Positions 37,719 through 48,382 of a DNA stretch of 64,000 nucleotides are shown piece after piece. How positions within the stretch are numbered: position 1 is the stretch's first letter; every line of letters starts with the position of its first letter. The stretch is taken from positions 2,869 to 66,868 of the forward strand of contig MHKF01000001.1 of NCBI GenBank assembly GCA_001818315.1, read 5' to 3'. Position numbers and translations under genes: made by a program. This stretch comes from Candidatus Kerfeldbacteria bacterium RIFCSPLOWO2_02_FULL_42_19. GTDB taxonomy: Bacteria; Patescibacteriota; Patescibacteriia; HO2-48-17. The notes beneath the pieces are model-generated. The model saw only the letters and a program-made list of their open reading frames with translations, made no database searches and had not been told where the DNA came from.

Positions 37719-39389
37719 ATGAAGGAAATATTTTCACAATTTCTCGAAGAGGCGATAGAAAAACTACAGAAAGAAAAAATTTGGCCGGTATTTGCATTGC
37801 CGGTGATTGAACTTTCGTATCCGACACATAAAGAACACGGAGATGTGTCTTCAAATATCGCTTTACGATTGAGTAAAGTACTGAAAATGTCGCCGATGCA
37901 TATTGGCGAACAACTCGCGCGTCTCTTACAAAAAAATACAGCATTGCAAGACGTATGTGATAGAGTTGCCCTCATTCCGCCAGGATTTCTCAATTTCCAT
38001 TTCAATACTGCAATCGTCATGCAAGAACTCGGCCGTATACTTGATGCGAAAAAGACCTTCGGTTCCAGTAAAATTGGTCGTGGCAAACGAGTCACTGTGG
38101 AATTTATTTCTGCTAATCCTACAGGCCCCTTAACGCTGCCAAATGCTCGCGGCGGTTTTGCAGGCGATACGCTGGCAAACGTTTTGCGAATGCAAGGATA
38201 TGCAGTCAAAAAAGAATACTACATTAACGATATCGGTAATCAAATCGATCTCTTAGCTGAGTCAGTAGTAAGGCGATATCTCCAAAGTAAAGGCATAAGC
38301 GTTGAATATCCAGAGCATCTCTATCAAGGAGAATATATTCACGATATAGCGCGACAACTGAAGTTAAAAATCACTCGAGCACAACTTGAGCAAGAAGATG
38401 CGATTCGCAAAATTGCAGAAACAATACGAGACGAAGTACTCACAATGAGTATTCACGATATCCAGCGCGTGATAAAAGAAAAAATGGGGATTCAATATCA
38501 CTATTGGTTTCGCGAAAGTTCCTTATATACAAAAATCAATCTCAAAAGTTTCCTTCAACAACTCGAAAAAGACGGATTAGTGTATAAACAAGATGAAGCG
38601 TTCTGGTTTGCGACAAAAAAATTCGGTGATGATAAAGATCGTGTGATCGTAAAGATGAATGGAGCACAAACTTATTTTCTCTCCGACATTCTGTATCTCC
38701 GTAAGCGATTGATCGTTGATACATACGATCGCAAAATTCTCTTTCTTGGCGCTGATCATCATGGGTATGTCAAGCGATTTCAGGCAGTTGCCAAAGCTTT
38801 TGGAGCAGCTGGAAAACTCGATATCGTGATTATGCAAATGGCAAAGCTCCTTAAAGACGGGAAAGAGGTTCGTATGTCAAAACGCAAAGGAACATTTGTC
38901 ACTATCGAAGAAGTCATCGATGAAGTAGGAACAGATGTTGCGCGGTTTTTCTTTCTGATGTATGCATCGGATACGCATCTGGATTTCAACATGAATCTTG
39001 CAAAGGAGCAATCAGAAAAGAATCCGGTGTATTATGTTCAATATGCTTTTGTGCGGATTGCAAGTATTGAACGGGAGTTGAAAAAACGTTTCGCGCGCCT
39101 TAAAAGAAGTGAAATAAAAACAATGACGCACGAAGCAGAAAAAGAACTTGTAAAAAAATTGAGTGAGTTACCGGAGATTATGCAGGAAGTTTCAAAAAGT
39201 TACGAACTCCATCTCCTTCCACTCTACGCCATCAGTGTGGCAAAAGCGTTCCATAATTTTTATACTCAATGTCGTGTAATTGAAGATACGGGAGTGAATG
39301 TAATTCGCGCGTACATCTTGCAAGCTACAAAACAAGTGTTACGTACGGTACTTGAAACCATGGGCGTGACAACTCCAGAAAAAATGTAA
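37719..39389 (+). CDS. argS: Arginyl-tRNA synthetase (resident copy)
   Basis: HGDVSSNIA, EFISANPTGPL, EYYIND, GADHHGY, MSKRKG, NPVYYVQYA, PEKM. Confidence 0.95.
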   Translation: MKEIFSQFLEEAIEKLQKEKIWPVFALPVIELSYPTHKEHGDVSSNIALRLSKVLKMSPMHIGEQLARLLQKNTALQDVCDRVALIPPGFLNFHFNTAIVMQELGRILDAKKTFGSSKIGRGKRVTVEFISANPTGPLTLPNARGGFAGDTLANVLRMQGYAVKKEYYINDIGNQIDLLAESVVRRYLQSKGISVEYPEHLYQGEYIHDIARQLKLKITRAQLEQEDAIRKIAETIRDEVLTMSIHDIQRVIKEKMGIQYHYWFRESSLYTKINLKSFLQQLEKDGLVYKQDEAFWFATKKFGDDKDRVIVKMNGAQTYFLSDILYLRKRLIVDTYDRKILFLGADHHGYVKRFQAVAKAFGAAGKLDIVIMQMAKLLKDGKEVRMSKRKGTFVTIEEVIDEVGTDVARFFFLMYASDTHLDFNMNLAKEQSEKNPVYYVQYAFVRIASIERELKKRFARLKRSEIKTMTHEAEKELVKKLSELPEIMQEVSKSYELHLLPLYAISVAKAFHNFYTQCRVIEDTGVNVIRAYILQATKQVLRTVLETMGVTTPEKM

Positions 39390-39390
39390 T

Positions 39391-40575
39391 ATGCGTATTG
39401 GCATCGATTGTAGGCAGATATGGAATCCGGAAAAATATGAAGGTGCCGGAGTTGCGCACTACCTCTTTTTTTTGTTAAAAAGTCTTGCGAAAATTGATCA
39501 GCAAAACGACTATTTTTTATTTTTTAAGAGGGGATACGACACAACTCAACTCACTTTCCTCACATCAAACTATCATAGAATGACGTGGAATCCTTCACAT
39601 GGAAACAGGTTGGTAAAATTCGTGGAACAGGTGCATTGGAGAAGTGCTCTAAAAAAGATGAAGCTCGATGTTTTTCATAGCCCTGCGTACACCCTTCCAT
39701 TATGGTATACAGGAGCATCGATAGTGACCGTGCATGATCTCGCTATTTACACACATCCCGAATGGTTTCCAGAACAACAATGGTTGAGTACGAAAGTCCT
39801 CGTTCCGCGGAGTATCAAAAAAGCCACACATATTATCGCCGTTTCCGATACAACAAAAAAAGAAATTGAAGAACGTTTTCACATCCCTTCCGAGCGGATC
39901 GGCGTGATATACGAAGGAGTGTTAAGTACGAAAGATTTTTCTGGAATTTCTGTGGGTGAGCAGCAAACCTTCGACAAAAAGCATGAGCCACAACAAGAGA
40001 GTATTCAAACATTACTCGAACATATCAAAGATCAAAAATACATTCTCAGTGTCAATACGCTGGAACCGCGAAAAAATATGACGCGGCTCATTCAGGCTTT
40101 CGAGCACATGCAACACTCGCATCCCGAACCCCTGCATTTCATTATAGCAGGGAGCTTAGGATGGAAGTATGAAGAAATTTTTCGTGCCATGAAAAACTCC
40201 CCATGTAAGCAGCGTATCCATTATGTCGGTTACATAACACAGGAAGAAAAATATACATTACTGAGAAACGCTGTTGTGTTTGTATGTGTGAGTCTCTGGG
40301 AAGGTTTCGGGCTCAGCAACCTCGAGGCAATGTCCTGTGACACACCTGTACTTGCATCCCATATACCAGCGTTTCGAGAAGTCCTTGGTGATGCAGCCTA
40401 TTTCGTCGATCCGTATGATGTAAAGGCGATAGCACAGGGTTTGCAAGAACTTCTCACGAATACCAAACTTCGAAGGCGTTATCAACAATTCGGTAAAAAA
40501 CGAACACAGGAATTCAGTTGGCAACAATGCGCAGAACAGACGTTGAGAATTTATAATGTATGTCGCGATCAATAG
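39391..40575 (+). CDS. Glycosyltransferase family 4
   Basis: MRIGID, TVHDL, LEPRKN, EGFGLSNLEAM, FSW. Confidence 0.93.
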   Translation: MRIGIDCRQIWNPEKYEGAGVAHYLFFLLKSLAKIDQQNDYFLFFKRGYDTTQLTFLTSNYHRMTWNPSHGNRLVKFVEQVHWRSALKKMKLDVFHSPAYTLPLWYTGASIVTVHDLAIYTHPEWFPEQQWLSTKVLVPRSIKKATHIIAVSDTTKKEIEERFHIPSERIGVIYEGVLSTKDFSGISVGEQQTFDKKHEPQQESIQTLLEHIKDQKYILSVNTLEPRKNMTRLIQAFEHMQHSHPEPLHFIIAGSLGWKYEEIFRAMKNSPCKQRIHYVGYITQEEKYTLLRNAVVFVCVSLWEGFGLSNLEAMSCDTPVLASHIPAFREVLGDAAYFVDPYDVKAIAQGLQELLTNTKLRRRYQQFGKKRTQEFSWQQCAEQTLRIYNVCRDQ

Positions 40576-40736
40576 TTTGACGTTGCGGGGTGATGATCCA
40601 CCAACACTTGGTGAATAGGGTATTGATAGTTGTTCTTAGTATTGGAAATAGTTTTTGGATTTTAGTGAGACGGATCACTTCGTGAGAATAGAGAAATTGA
40701 CCGTATACAGTAGACGTAATACAATCGAGAAGACGT

Positions 40737-41510
40737 ATGCAATCACAGGAACTTACGATCCTCAACACATATGACGAAGCCCTTGCGGGTGAACTGTGGC
40801 TTCCTCTGGGACAACAAAAGTCAAAGACTTTGATTTTAGCGCATGCTTTCAGCGGCGATCGTCATGAATCAGGGGAAAATTTTTTGTTTGATTTTTTTCG
40901 AGATCGACTCTTGGAAGAAGGCATTGGCGTATGCCAGTTCGATTTTTCTGGTTGCGGAAAAAGCGAAGGCAATTTTCGGAATACCAGCATCACGAAACGT
41001 GCGCAAGATTTAGCAGCGGTCATCGAAACGATTCGTTCGCGTCCTGACGTTCGATCAGATCACGTGGGGGTTTTGGGCCGTTCCATAGGAGCACTCGCAA
41101 CGCTTGCGAGGGGAGCTGAAGGAATTAAAACGCTTATTCTCTTAGCCACATTTACTCATGCATTCGAGGTATTCCAAAAGCTTTTTCAAAACGAAGGGAC
41201 CTATAACCCAGATGGTATTTCGACACTGAAAGGTGGAGAAAAAGTTTTACAGGTTGGTCCGATATTATGGCAGGATGCCGAAAAATATTCATTTGAACAG
41301 ATTGTCCAATCGCTTTACATTCCCATCTTGTTTGTGCAAGGCGCTCAAGATACGCTCACTCCTTTATCCGAAGTAGAACCTTTGTATCATCAGGCGAATG
41401 AACCAAAAGCGCTCAAAATCATCCCGAAAGCAGGGCATGGATTTGAAACAGAACAAGCTCGCAGTAATCTGATAGAAATCATTTTGGCGTGGGTCGGAAA
41501 ATATTTGTAA
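40737..41510 (+). CDS. Alpha/beta hydrolase
   Basis: FDFSGCGKSEG, GRSIG nucleophile elbow, QGAQD, AGHGF. Confidence 0.9.
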   Translation: MQSQELTILNTYDEALAGELWLPLGQQKSKTLILAHAFSGDRHESGENFLFDFFRDRLLEEGIGVCQFDFSGCGKSEGNFRNTSITKRAQDLAAVIETIRSRPDVRSDHVGVLGRSIGALATLARGAEGIKTLILLATFTHAFEVFQKLFQNEGTYNPDGISTLKGGEKVLQVGPILWQDAEKYSFEQIVQSLYIPILFVQGAQDTLTPLSEVEPLYHQANEPKALKIIPKAGHGFETEQARSNLIEIILAWVGKYL

Positions 41511-41532
41511 TTTTTTAAAATCATAATAATCC

Positions 41533-44500
41533 ATGAGTACGATTTCGTTTCCAAAAAAAGAAGAAGAAATACTCGCCTTCTGGGAAAAGCACAAGATATT
41601 CAAAAAATCACTCGAAAAACCTTCGCCACGAGGAAATTTTGTATTTTACGAAGGCCCGCCAACAGCGAACGGCAAACCCGCTTTGCATCATGTGCTCGCA
41701 CGGGCATTTAAAGATGTCATTCCACGCTTTAAAACTATGCAAGGGTATAAGGTTGTACGACGCGGTGGCTGGGATACACACGGTTTACCGGTGGAACTCC
41801 AAATCGAAAAACAACTTGGGATTACCAGAAAACAAGAGATAGAAGCCCTCCAAGTAACCTCATTTGAAAGTATCAAATATTTTAACGAATTGTGTCGCAA
41901 AAGCGTGTGGGAATACAAAGAAGATTGGGAAAAACTCACGAAGCGCATGGGTTTTTGGTTGGATTTGGACAACGCATATATTACCTGCACGAATGAATAT
42001 ATAGAAAGTCTCTGGTGGATACTCTGGCAAGCATGGAAAAGTCGAGATCAAAAAGGTAACGCGTTACTGTTTCAAGGTTATAAAGTTGTGCCTTTCTGCA
42101 CACGCTGCGGCACAGCACTTTCTTCACATGAACTTGCGCAAGGATACAAAAGTGTGAGCGAAACCAGTGTGTATATGAAATTTCCGCTGCAAGATTCACA
42201 CAATACATTTTTTCTTTCCTGGACAACAACTCCGTGGACATTACCAGGAAATGTTGCGCTCGCAGTGGGAAAGGATATGCAGTATGTCAAGGTTCGGCAA
42301 GGTACGGAACACTTCATTCTTTCAAAAAATCGTCTGCAAGTTTTAGAAGGAGAGTATACGATAGAGGAAGAATACACGGGAAAAGAACTCTTGGGTAAAA
42401 AATATAAACCTCTTTTTACAATTCCGAGTTTCTTACAATATCAAAAGAACGCACAGCACCGGATGTACGAAATTGTTGAAGCTGATTTTGTAACGGATCA
42501 GGAAGGAACTGGAATTGTTCATACTGCAGTGATGTACGGCGAAGATGATTACAATTTAGGAGAGCAATTAGGGTTACCGAAACATCATACTGTATTAGAA
42601 AGCGGTCGGTTTACTGATGAAGTGCAAGATGTCGCAGGAATGTATGTCAAATCCCCAGAAGCTTCAAAAATATTATTGGAAAATCTGGCGAGTCAAAACC
42701 TCTCCTATAAGCAAGAACTTTATAAACACGATTATCCATTCTGTTGGCGTTGCGATACCTCACTCATTTACTATGCGCGAAATTCTTGGTTCATACGAAT
42801 GAGTGCCTTACGTGAAGAAATCAAAATGAATAATGAAGCCGTTCATTGGATTCCAGAGCATATAAAAGAAGGTCGTTTTGGAGAATGGCTCGAAGGAGTC
42901 AAAGATTGGGCTATTTCTCGCGAACGATATTGGGGAACGCCACTACCTATTTGGAAGTGTGAAAATACCAAGTGTGCGGCGCATCAATTTTTGGATGGTC
43001 ACGATAATCTGCCGGCAAGCATACAGAAAATTCGTAGAGAACTGCAAAAAAAAGGATATCCACAGGATTATCATCGGCCGTATATCGATATGGTGAAGTT
43101 TCCGTGCGTTCAATGCGGTGGAACAACTCGTAGAGTGTCTGAAGTCATCGACGTTTGGTTTGATTCCGGCGGCATGCCGTTTGCGCAATGGCATTATCCA
43201 TTTGAAAAAAGAAATTATATCGAAGAGGGTATACAATATCCGGCAGATTATATCGCAGAAGCTATCGATCAAACACGCGGTTGGTTTTATACACTTCTTG
43301 CGATCGCTACTTTTTTAAAACATACGAGAGCCATTACAAACGGCGTTGTCTATAAAAACGTAATTTCACTTGGACATATTTTGGATAAACATGGGAAGAA
43401 AATGTCCAAATCGAAGGGGAATGTTATTGATCCATGGGATATTATGAACATCTATGGTGTGGATGCATTGCGTTTTCATTTATTTACGATGTCACAACCC
43501 GGAGAACCAAAGCGATTTGATCCTGAAGACGTTAAAAAAGTGGTGCAAAAATATTGGCTCATTCTTTGGAATGTTGTCCGATTCTATACGATGTTTAGAA
43601 AAGAACAAGAGCAGGATTCACAATTGGAAATAAAAGACCAAACAGATCCTGTGCATACACAAACAAATGCTTCGATAGACGACACTGAATGGCCAAAAAC
43701 CAAAAATATTATGGATCGCTGGCTTCTTGTAAAGTTGAATACATTAATTGTACAGGTCACCAATGGACTCGAAACATATCAAATCACTGAATCAGCACGC
43801 GCCATCGGTATTTTTATTACGGAACTTTCAAAATGGTATCTACGCAGAAGTCGGGAACGATTCAAATCAGATCAAAGAACTGTGAAGGATGAAGCAATGA
43901 ATACACTCCGGTATACATTGTTACAACTTGCAAAACTTATGGCGCCACTGACGCCCTTTCTTGCCGACGCTTTGTATCAAGAAGTAAACAACTTACAAAA
44001 TTCGGTTCATCTTGATGTATGGCCTGTATCTCATAGGCCTGTAAAAGAGGATGAAAAAATACTTGCGCAAATGGAAAGCGTGCGGGACTTAGTAGAAGCT
44101 GGACTCGCAGAAAGAGAAAAACGAGGTATAAAATTACGCCAGCCGCTTGCGAAGGCAATGATTACAAAAAGATTGCATAGAGAATTTCTTGACATACTCT
44201 CGGAAGAACTTAATGTTGAAAAAGTTGAAATTTCTGAAAAGCTTTCAGCGACAAGGCAGAAGCACAAAGAAAATGCAGATGCGGGGAAGCAGATGTTCGA
44301 AACAAGACTCATACATCTTGATACAACACTGACGCCAGAACTCAAAGCAAAGGGACTGTTACGAGATTTGATACGGCAAGTAAATGCAGCAAGAAAAAAG
44401 GCTGGTTTCAGCATAAAAAATATTGTCCAAGTTGAATATCAAACAGACAACCAGGGATTAAAGAATGTCATTGAAACATATGAAAGACAGTTATTGCATG

Positions 44501-44610
44501 GGACGTTGAGCGCAAGTTGGAAAGAAATCAAAATACAAGATTCGGAAGGAATGTATTGTTTCTCTTGCATAGTAAACGACATACCAATAGTGTTCGCGTT
44601 TAAGAGATAG
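41533..44610 (+). CDS. ileS: Isoleucyl-tRNA synthetase, type 2
   Basis: EGPPTANGKPALHH, GWDTHGLP, WTTTPWTLP, DWAISRERYWGTPLP, KMSKS; type-2 C-terminus without Zn finger. Confidence 0.97.
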   Translation: MSTISFPKKEEEILAFWEKHKIFKKSLEKPSPRGNFVFYEGPPTANGKPALHHVLARAFKDVIPRFKTMQGYKVVRRGGWDTHGLPVELQIEKQLGITRKQEIEALQVTSFESIKYFNELCRKSVWEYKEDWEKLTKRMGFWLDLDNAYITCTNEYIESLWWILWQAWKSRDQKGNALLFQGYKVVPFCTRCGTALSSHELAQGYKSVSETSVYMKFPLQDSHNTFFLSWTTTPWTLPGNVALAVGKDMQYVKVRQGTEHFILSKNRLQVLEGEYTIEEEYTGKELLGKKYKPLFTIPSFLQYQKNAQHRMYEIVEADFVTDQEGTGIVHTAVMYGEDDYNLGEQLGLPKHHTVLESGRFTDEVQDVAGMYVKSPEASKILLENLASQNLSYKQELYKHDYPFCWRCDTSLIYYARNSWFIRMSALREEIKMNNEAVHWIPEHIKEGRFGEWLEGVKDWAISRERYWGTPLPIWKCENTKCAAHQFLDGHDNLPASIQKIRRELQKKGYPQDYHRPYIDMVKFPCVQCGGTTRRVSEVIDVWFDSGGMPFAQWHYPFEKRNYIEEGIQYPADYIAEAIDQTRGWFYTLLAIATFLKHTRAITNGVVYKNVISLGHILDKHGKKMSKSKGNVIDPWDIMNIYGVDALRFHLFTMSQPGEPKRFDPEDVKKVVQKYWLILWNVVRFYTMFRKEQEQDSQLEIKDQTDPVHTQTNASIDDTEWPKTKNIMDRWLLVKLNTLIVQVTNGLETYQITESARAIGIFITELSKWYLRRSRERFKSDQRTVKDEAMNTLRYTLLQLAKLMAPLTPFLADALYQEVNNLQNSVHLDVWPVSHRPVKEDEKILAQMESVRDLVEAGLAEREKRGIKLRQPLAKAMITKRLHREFLDILSEELNVEKVEISEKLSATRQKHKENADAGKQMFETRLIHLDTTLTPELKAKGLLRDLIRQVNAARKKAGFSIKNIVQVEYQTDNQGLKNVIETYERQLLHGTLSASWKEIKIQDSEGMYCFSCIVNDIPIVFAFKR

Positions 44611-44619
44611 TTTACTGAC

Positions 44620-45390
44620 ATGTCGCATTACACTATCAAATTACTTTGTCTCAATCTTTGGCAAGGAGGGAAATTTTTTGAGAAAATTTTTGATTTTCTT
44701 GATGAAGTAAATCCAGATATTCTTGCGCTGCAGGAAGTCTATAATGAAAAGGATATACAATTACCAAAACGTCTTCGATCTATTGATGTGTTACAAAAAC
44801 ATGGAAATTACCCTTACGCATATTTTTCGCCAGCACTCAAGTGGAACGTTGAGGGTAGAATTCTTGAACAGGGTAATGCTGTTTTGACTCGCATACCTCA
44901 GAAAGAACAACACACGTATTTTTACGATATTCCATATCATCCGAATTATGTCGAAAAAATTGGGAAATATGAAGATGTGTCACGTAATCTACAGCATATT
45001 GTTTGCGAAATCGACAATGTAAAATTTCACATCGTGAACACACACGGTATCTGGGGACAAGATGGTGAAGATAATCCAGCGCGTTTACGTATGAGCAATT
45101 CTATTGTTCAGATCATAAAGAGACATAAAAATCTCGTATTGTGTGGCGACTTCAATGTGAAAGTCAACACACAGGCAATACGAAATATCGAAAAATTTCT
45201 GCAGAACATTTTTAAAGATGAACTCACCACAAGCTTTAATATGCGACATAAAGATAATCCTGGATATGCCACGGCAGTTGTGGATATTATGCTCGTGAGT
45301 CCTGATGTTAAAGTCATTGCGCATAGTTGTCCGGATGTGGATATTTCAGATCATTATCCACTCCTCGCGACTTTGCAATTTCAAGCATGA
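44620..45390 (+). CDS. Endonuclease/exonuclease/phosphatase-family protein
   Basis: LNL, LQEV, GNA, GDFN, SDHYP. Confidence 0.9.
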   Translation: MSHYTIKLLCLNLWQGGKFFEKIFDFLDEVNPDILALQEVYNEKDIQLPKRLRSIDVLQKHGNYPYAYFSPALKWNVEGRILEQGNAVLTRIPQKEQHTYFYDIPYHPNYVEKIGKYEDVSRNLQHIVCEIDNVKFHIVNTHGIWGQDGEDNPARLRMSNSIVQIIKRHKNLVLCGDFNVKVNTQAIRNIEKFLQNIFKDELTTSFNMRHKDNPGYATAVVDIMLVSPDVKVIAHSCPDVDISDHYPLLATLQFQA

Positions 45391-45438
45391 AAAAGGACTA
45401 ATCTCCGCTGTGGTATTTAACGATACATCGTTTTTCAT

Positions 45439-46146
45439 ATGACTACCTTCAAGAAAATCACGGCAGAATTTCGGAAGCACACCAACAAAAGCCGCGCAAA
45501 AACAAACGCATGGTTTTTTAAAACTGGAAAAGGCGAATACGGCGAAGGAGATAAATTTTTGGGACTGACAGTTCCAGAGCAACGGAAGATTGCAAAAAAA
45601 TTTGCGGCCGTTTTGGGATTGAAAGAAATCGAACGACTTTTACGAAGTCCCTATCACGAATATCGTCTCACCGCACTTTTTATGTTGGTCCTTCGGTATC
45701 AAAAGAAATTAGGAGCACAAAAAACGATTTATCAAATATTTATTCGTAACGCTGCTTATATCAATAATTGGGATCTTGTAGATAGTTCAGCGCCATATAT
45801 TTTAGGTGATTATTTATACCGTCGTGACAAAAAAGTTCTCTATCGCTTTGCGCATGCACGAAATCTTTGGAAAAAGCGTATTGCAATGCTTGCGACTTAT
45901 GGATTTATAAAAAATAACGAGTTTGAAGATGCGCTCGCTATCGCAAAGATACTTCTTGCTGATGCTCACGATCTCATTCATAAGGCAGTTGGTTGGATGT
46001 TGCGAGAAATTGGAAACAGAAATCAGCAGGTCGAAGAAGCATTTTTAAAAAAGTTTTGCAAAAAAATACCCCGAACAGCTCTTCGATACGCTCTGGAGAA
46101 GTTTCCACAACAAAAGAGAGAAGCATATCTGAAAAGGAATATGTAG
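45439..46146 (+). CDS. DNA alkylation repair protein (AlkD-like)
   Basis: FFKTGKGEYGEGDKFLG, INNWDLVD, HDLIHKAVGWMLRE, RTALRYALE. Confidence 0.92.
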   Translation: MTTFKKITAEFRKHTNKSRAKTNAWFFKTGKGEYGEGDKFLGLTVPEQRKIAKKFAAVLGLKEIERLLRSPYHEYRLTALFMLVLRYQKKLGAQKTIYQIFIRNAAYINNWDLVDSSAPYILGDYLYRRDKKVLYRFAHARNLWKKRIAMLATYGFIKNNEFEDALAIAKILLADAHDLIHKAVGWMLREIGNRNQQVEEAFLKKFCKKIPRTALRYALEKFPQQKREAYLKRNM

Positions 46147-46322
46147 AAAAAGAGAATGTAGAAAATGTAGAAATTGAATTCAGAAAAACAATTATAAACA
46201 ACCTCCGAATAGATATTGAAGAATCCCTACAATAATGAACCTAAAATAACGGAAAAGATGAAAAAAGTAAATAGCTTTTTGCTTGTTCGAAACATAATTT
46301 CTGAGTACAATGAAACCATACT

Positions 46323-47537
46323 ATGAAAATCGAAACTGATCCAAAAAAAATTAGCGAAATACTTACGCGCAGCATTGCCGACATTCTCCCGAGTAAAGAA
46401 GGTTTACGCACGTTACTATGTTCTGGACAACAACTTCGATTGTACATAGGTGCGGATGCAACAGGACCGGCGCTGCACCTCGGGCACGCAACAAACTACC
46501 AGTTACTGGAACGACTGCGAAAACTCGGACACAAAATTTTTATCCTCATTGGCGATTTTACGGCACGTATCGGTGATCCGACCGATCGCACGGCTACGCG
46601 TAAACAGCTCACCCGAGACGAAGTGAAAAAAAATGTAAAAACATGGAAAAAACAACTCGAACCCATTATCGATTTCAAAACAAAAAACAATCCAGCAGAA
46701 ATTGTTTATAATCACACATGGCTCTCCAAATTGACATTTGAGGATGTGATAGAGTTAGCGTCAAATTTTACAGTGCAACAGATGCTTGAGCGTGATATGT
46801 TTCAAAAACGTATCAAAGAGGAAAAACCAATTTACGTACATGAGTTTTTTTATCCTCTCATGCAAGGTTACGATAGCGTTATGCTTGATGTTGATGTGGA
46901 AGTGTGCGGCACGGATCAAACATTTAACGCGCTCGCGGGTCGGACACTGATGAAAAAAATAAAAAATAAAGAAAAGTACGTCGTAACAACAACCCTCCTC
47001 GAAAACCCGATGACTGGAATAAAAATGATGTCGAAAAGTGCAGGGACCGGTGTATTTCTCACTGATACAGCAGCGAATATGTACGGAAAAATTATGGCGC
47101 AGCCCGATGAAAATATGATTCAGCTTTTTGTGGATTGCACGTACGTATCTTTGCCTGAGATTGAAGATATAAAAAACACACTCGTGACCAATGCCGTGAA
47201 TCCTCGCGACGTGAAAATGCGACTTGCTTACGAAATCACTCGCATGTATCATGGAGAAAAATTCGCAAAAAAGGCAGAGCAAGATTTCGTGAAAGTCTTT
47301 CAAAAACGCGAGACGCCACAGCACATACCGGAAAAGACATTGAAAGTTTCCGCGAATCTTTTGGAAAGTCTTGTGTTGACTGGACTCGCGCCAAGCAAAT
47401 CGGAAGCACGACGGCTGCTGCAACACAATGCCGTAAAACTCAACAATTTGAAGGTTAATAATCCCGAACTACGTATGCACGATGGAGATGAAATTCGCGT
47501 TGGCAAACGCAAGTGGGTCAAAATTCATCTAGCCTAG
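46323..47537 (+). CDS. tyrS: Tyrosyl-tRNA synthetase
   Basis: LHLGH, GDFTARIGDP, YPLMQGYD, GTDQTFN, MSKS, C-terminal S4 domain. Confidence 0.97.
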   Translation: MKIETDPKKISEILTRSIADILPSKEGLRTLLCSGQQLRLYIGADATGPALHLGHATNYQLLERLRKLGHKIFILIGDFTARIGDPTDRTATRKQLTRDEVKKNVKTWKKQLEPIIDFKTKNNPAEIVYNHTWLSKLTFEDVIELASNFTVQQMLERDMFQKRIKEEKPIYVHEFFYPLMQGYDSVMLDVDVEVCGTDQTFNALAGRTLMKKIKNKEKYVVTTTLLENPMTGIKMMSKSAGTGVFLTDTAANMYGKIMAQPDENMIQLFVDCTYVSLPEIEDIKNTLVTNAVNPRDVKMRLAYEITRMYHGEKFAKKAEQDFVKVFQKRETPQHIPEKTLKVSANLLESLVLTGLAPSKSEARRLLQHNAVKLNNLKVNNPELRMHDGDEIRVGKRKWVKIHLA

Positions 47538-47539
47538 AT

Positions 47540-48307
47540 ATGGCTACATGGAAGACTGAGGGTTTTGTATTGAAACGCGTACCTTGGAAAGAATACGATG
47601 GTCTCTATACATTGTACACACGCGAAAATGGCAAAATTATTGTGCGAGCGCAGGGGATTCGAAAAATTACAAGTAAACTCGCAGGTCATTGTGAACCGTT
47701 CATGAAATCAAATTTCCTGCTTGCACAAGGAAAGTATTGGGATCAACTCGCAGGCAGTCAAATTCGAGAAGCATATCCAACATTACGCACGATACTTTCT
47801 CATCTCCGCACAGCACAATCACTCACACACAGTTTAGATACACTTACGCAAGAAGCACAGTCTGATGTGCGTATTTACGAGCTTCTTGGAGACGCGTTCA
47901 ATTTTTTAAACACAATAGAAAAAGCCGCCGGCACAATTTGGTGTTTTGCATACACATGGCGATGGAAACTGATAGCATATCTTGGATATGCGCCGGCACT
48001 CGACCAATGCGTAGCACACAAGCATATATTTCGCGGACAACATTTTTTTGACATCCAACACGGTGGAATTGTTTGCCAAAAACATATCAACGTAAGTCAC
48101 TCCATCGCCATCACCAAAACAACACTCATGCTTCTCGAAAAAGCACTCCAATACCCCTTCCAAGCAATGCAAAAAGAAAAAGCGACTCAACAAGAATGGG
48201 AACTCTTTGGGCGCATTATTGATCGATTTACAGGATATCACGTGCCAGGTCATCGCAAGAATAGAAGTACCTATCAACAATTGCATAAGCATCAACTCTA
48301 CGTATAG
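47540..48307 (+). CDS. recO: DNA repair protein RecO
   Basis: TEGFVLK...E.D....LYTRENGKI...GIRK..SKL; LGYAPALDQC...GGIVC. Confidence 0.9.
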   Translation: MATWKTEGFVLKRVPWKEYDGLYTLYTRENGKIIVRAQGIRKITSKLAGHCEPFMKSNFLLAQGKYWDQLAGSQIREAYPTLRTILSHLRTAQSLTHSLDTLTQEAQSDVRIYELLGDAFNFLNTIEKAAGTIWCFAYTWRWKLIAYLGYAPALDQCVAHKHIFRGQHFFDIQHGGIVCQKHINVSHSIAITKTTLMLLEKALQYPFQAMQKEKATQQEWELFGRIIDRFTGYHVPGHRKNRSTYQQLHKHQLYV

Positions 48308-48382
48308 ATAACATATTTTGCGCAATTTTGTTATAATAAAAAATAACGAAGATTACAACACAATAAGTCCAAAAAGTACTGT

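Noticed and set aside
40576-40736. Possible structured RNA between the glycosyltransferase and the hydrolase
   Set aside because: Only short complementary patches (gatcc/ggatc, cacca/tggtg); not distinguishable from chance.
46141-46175. Short tandem repeat atgtagaaa x3
   Set aside because: Too short and low-complexity; probably slippage at the alkD stop codon.
46761-47426. 221-aa antisense ORF (and many similar overlapping ORFs)
   Set aside because: Antisense shadows of well-supported genes such as tyrS, with no motifs of their own.
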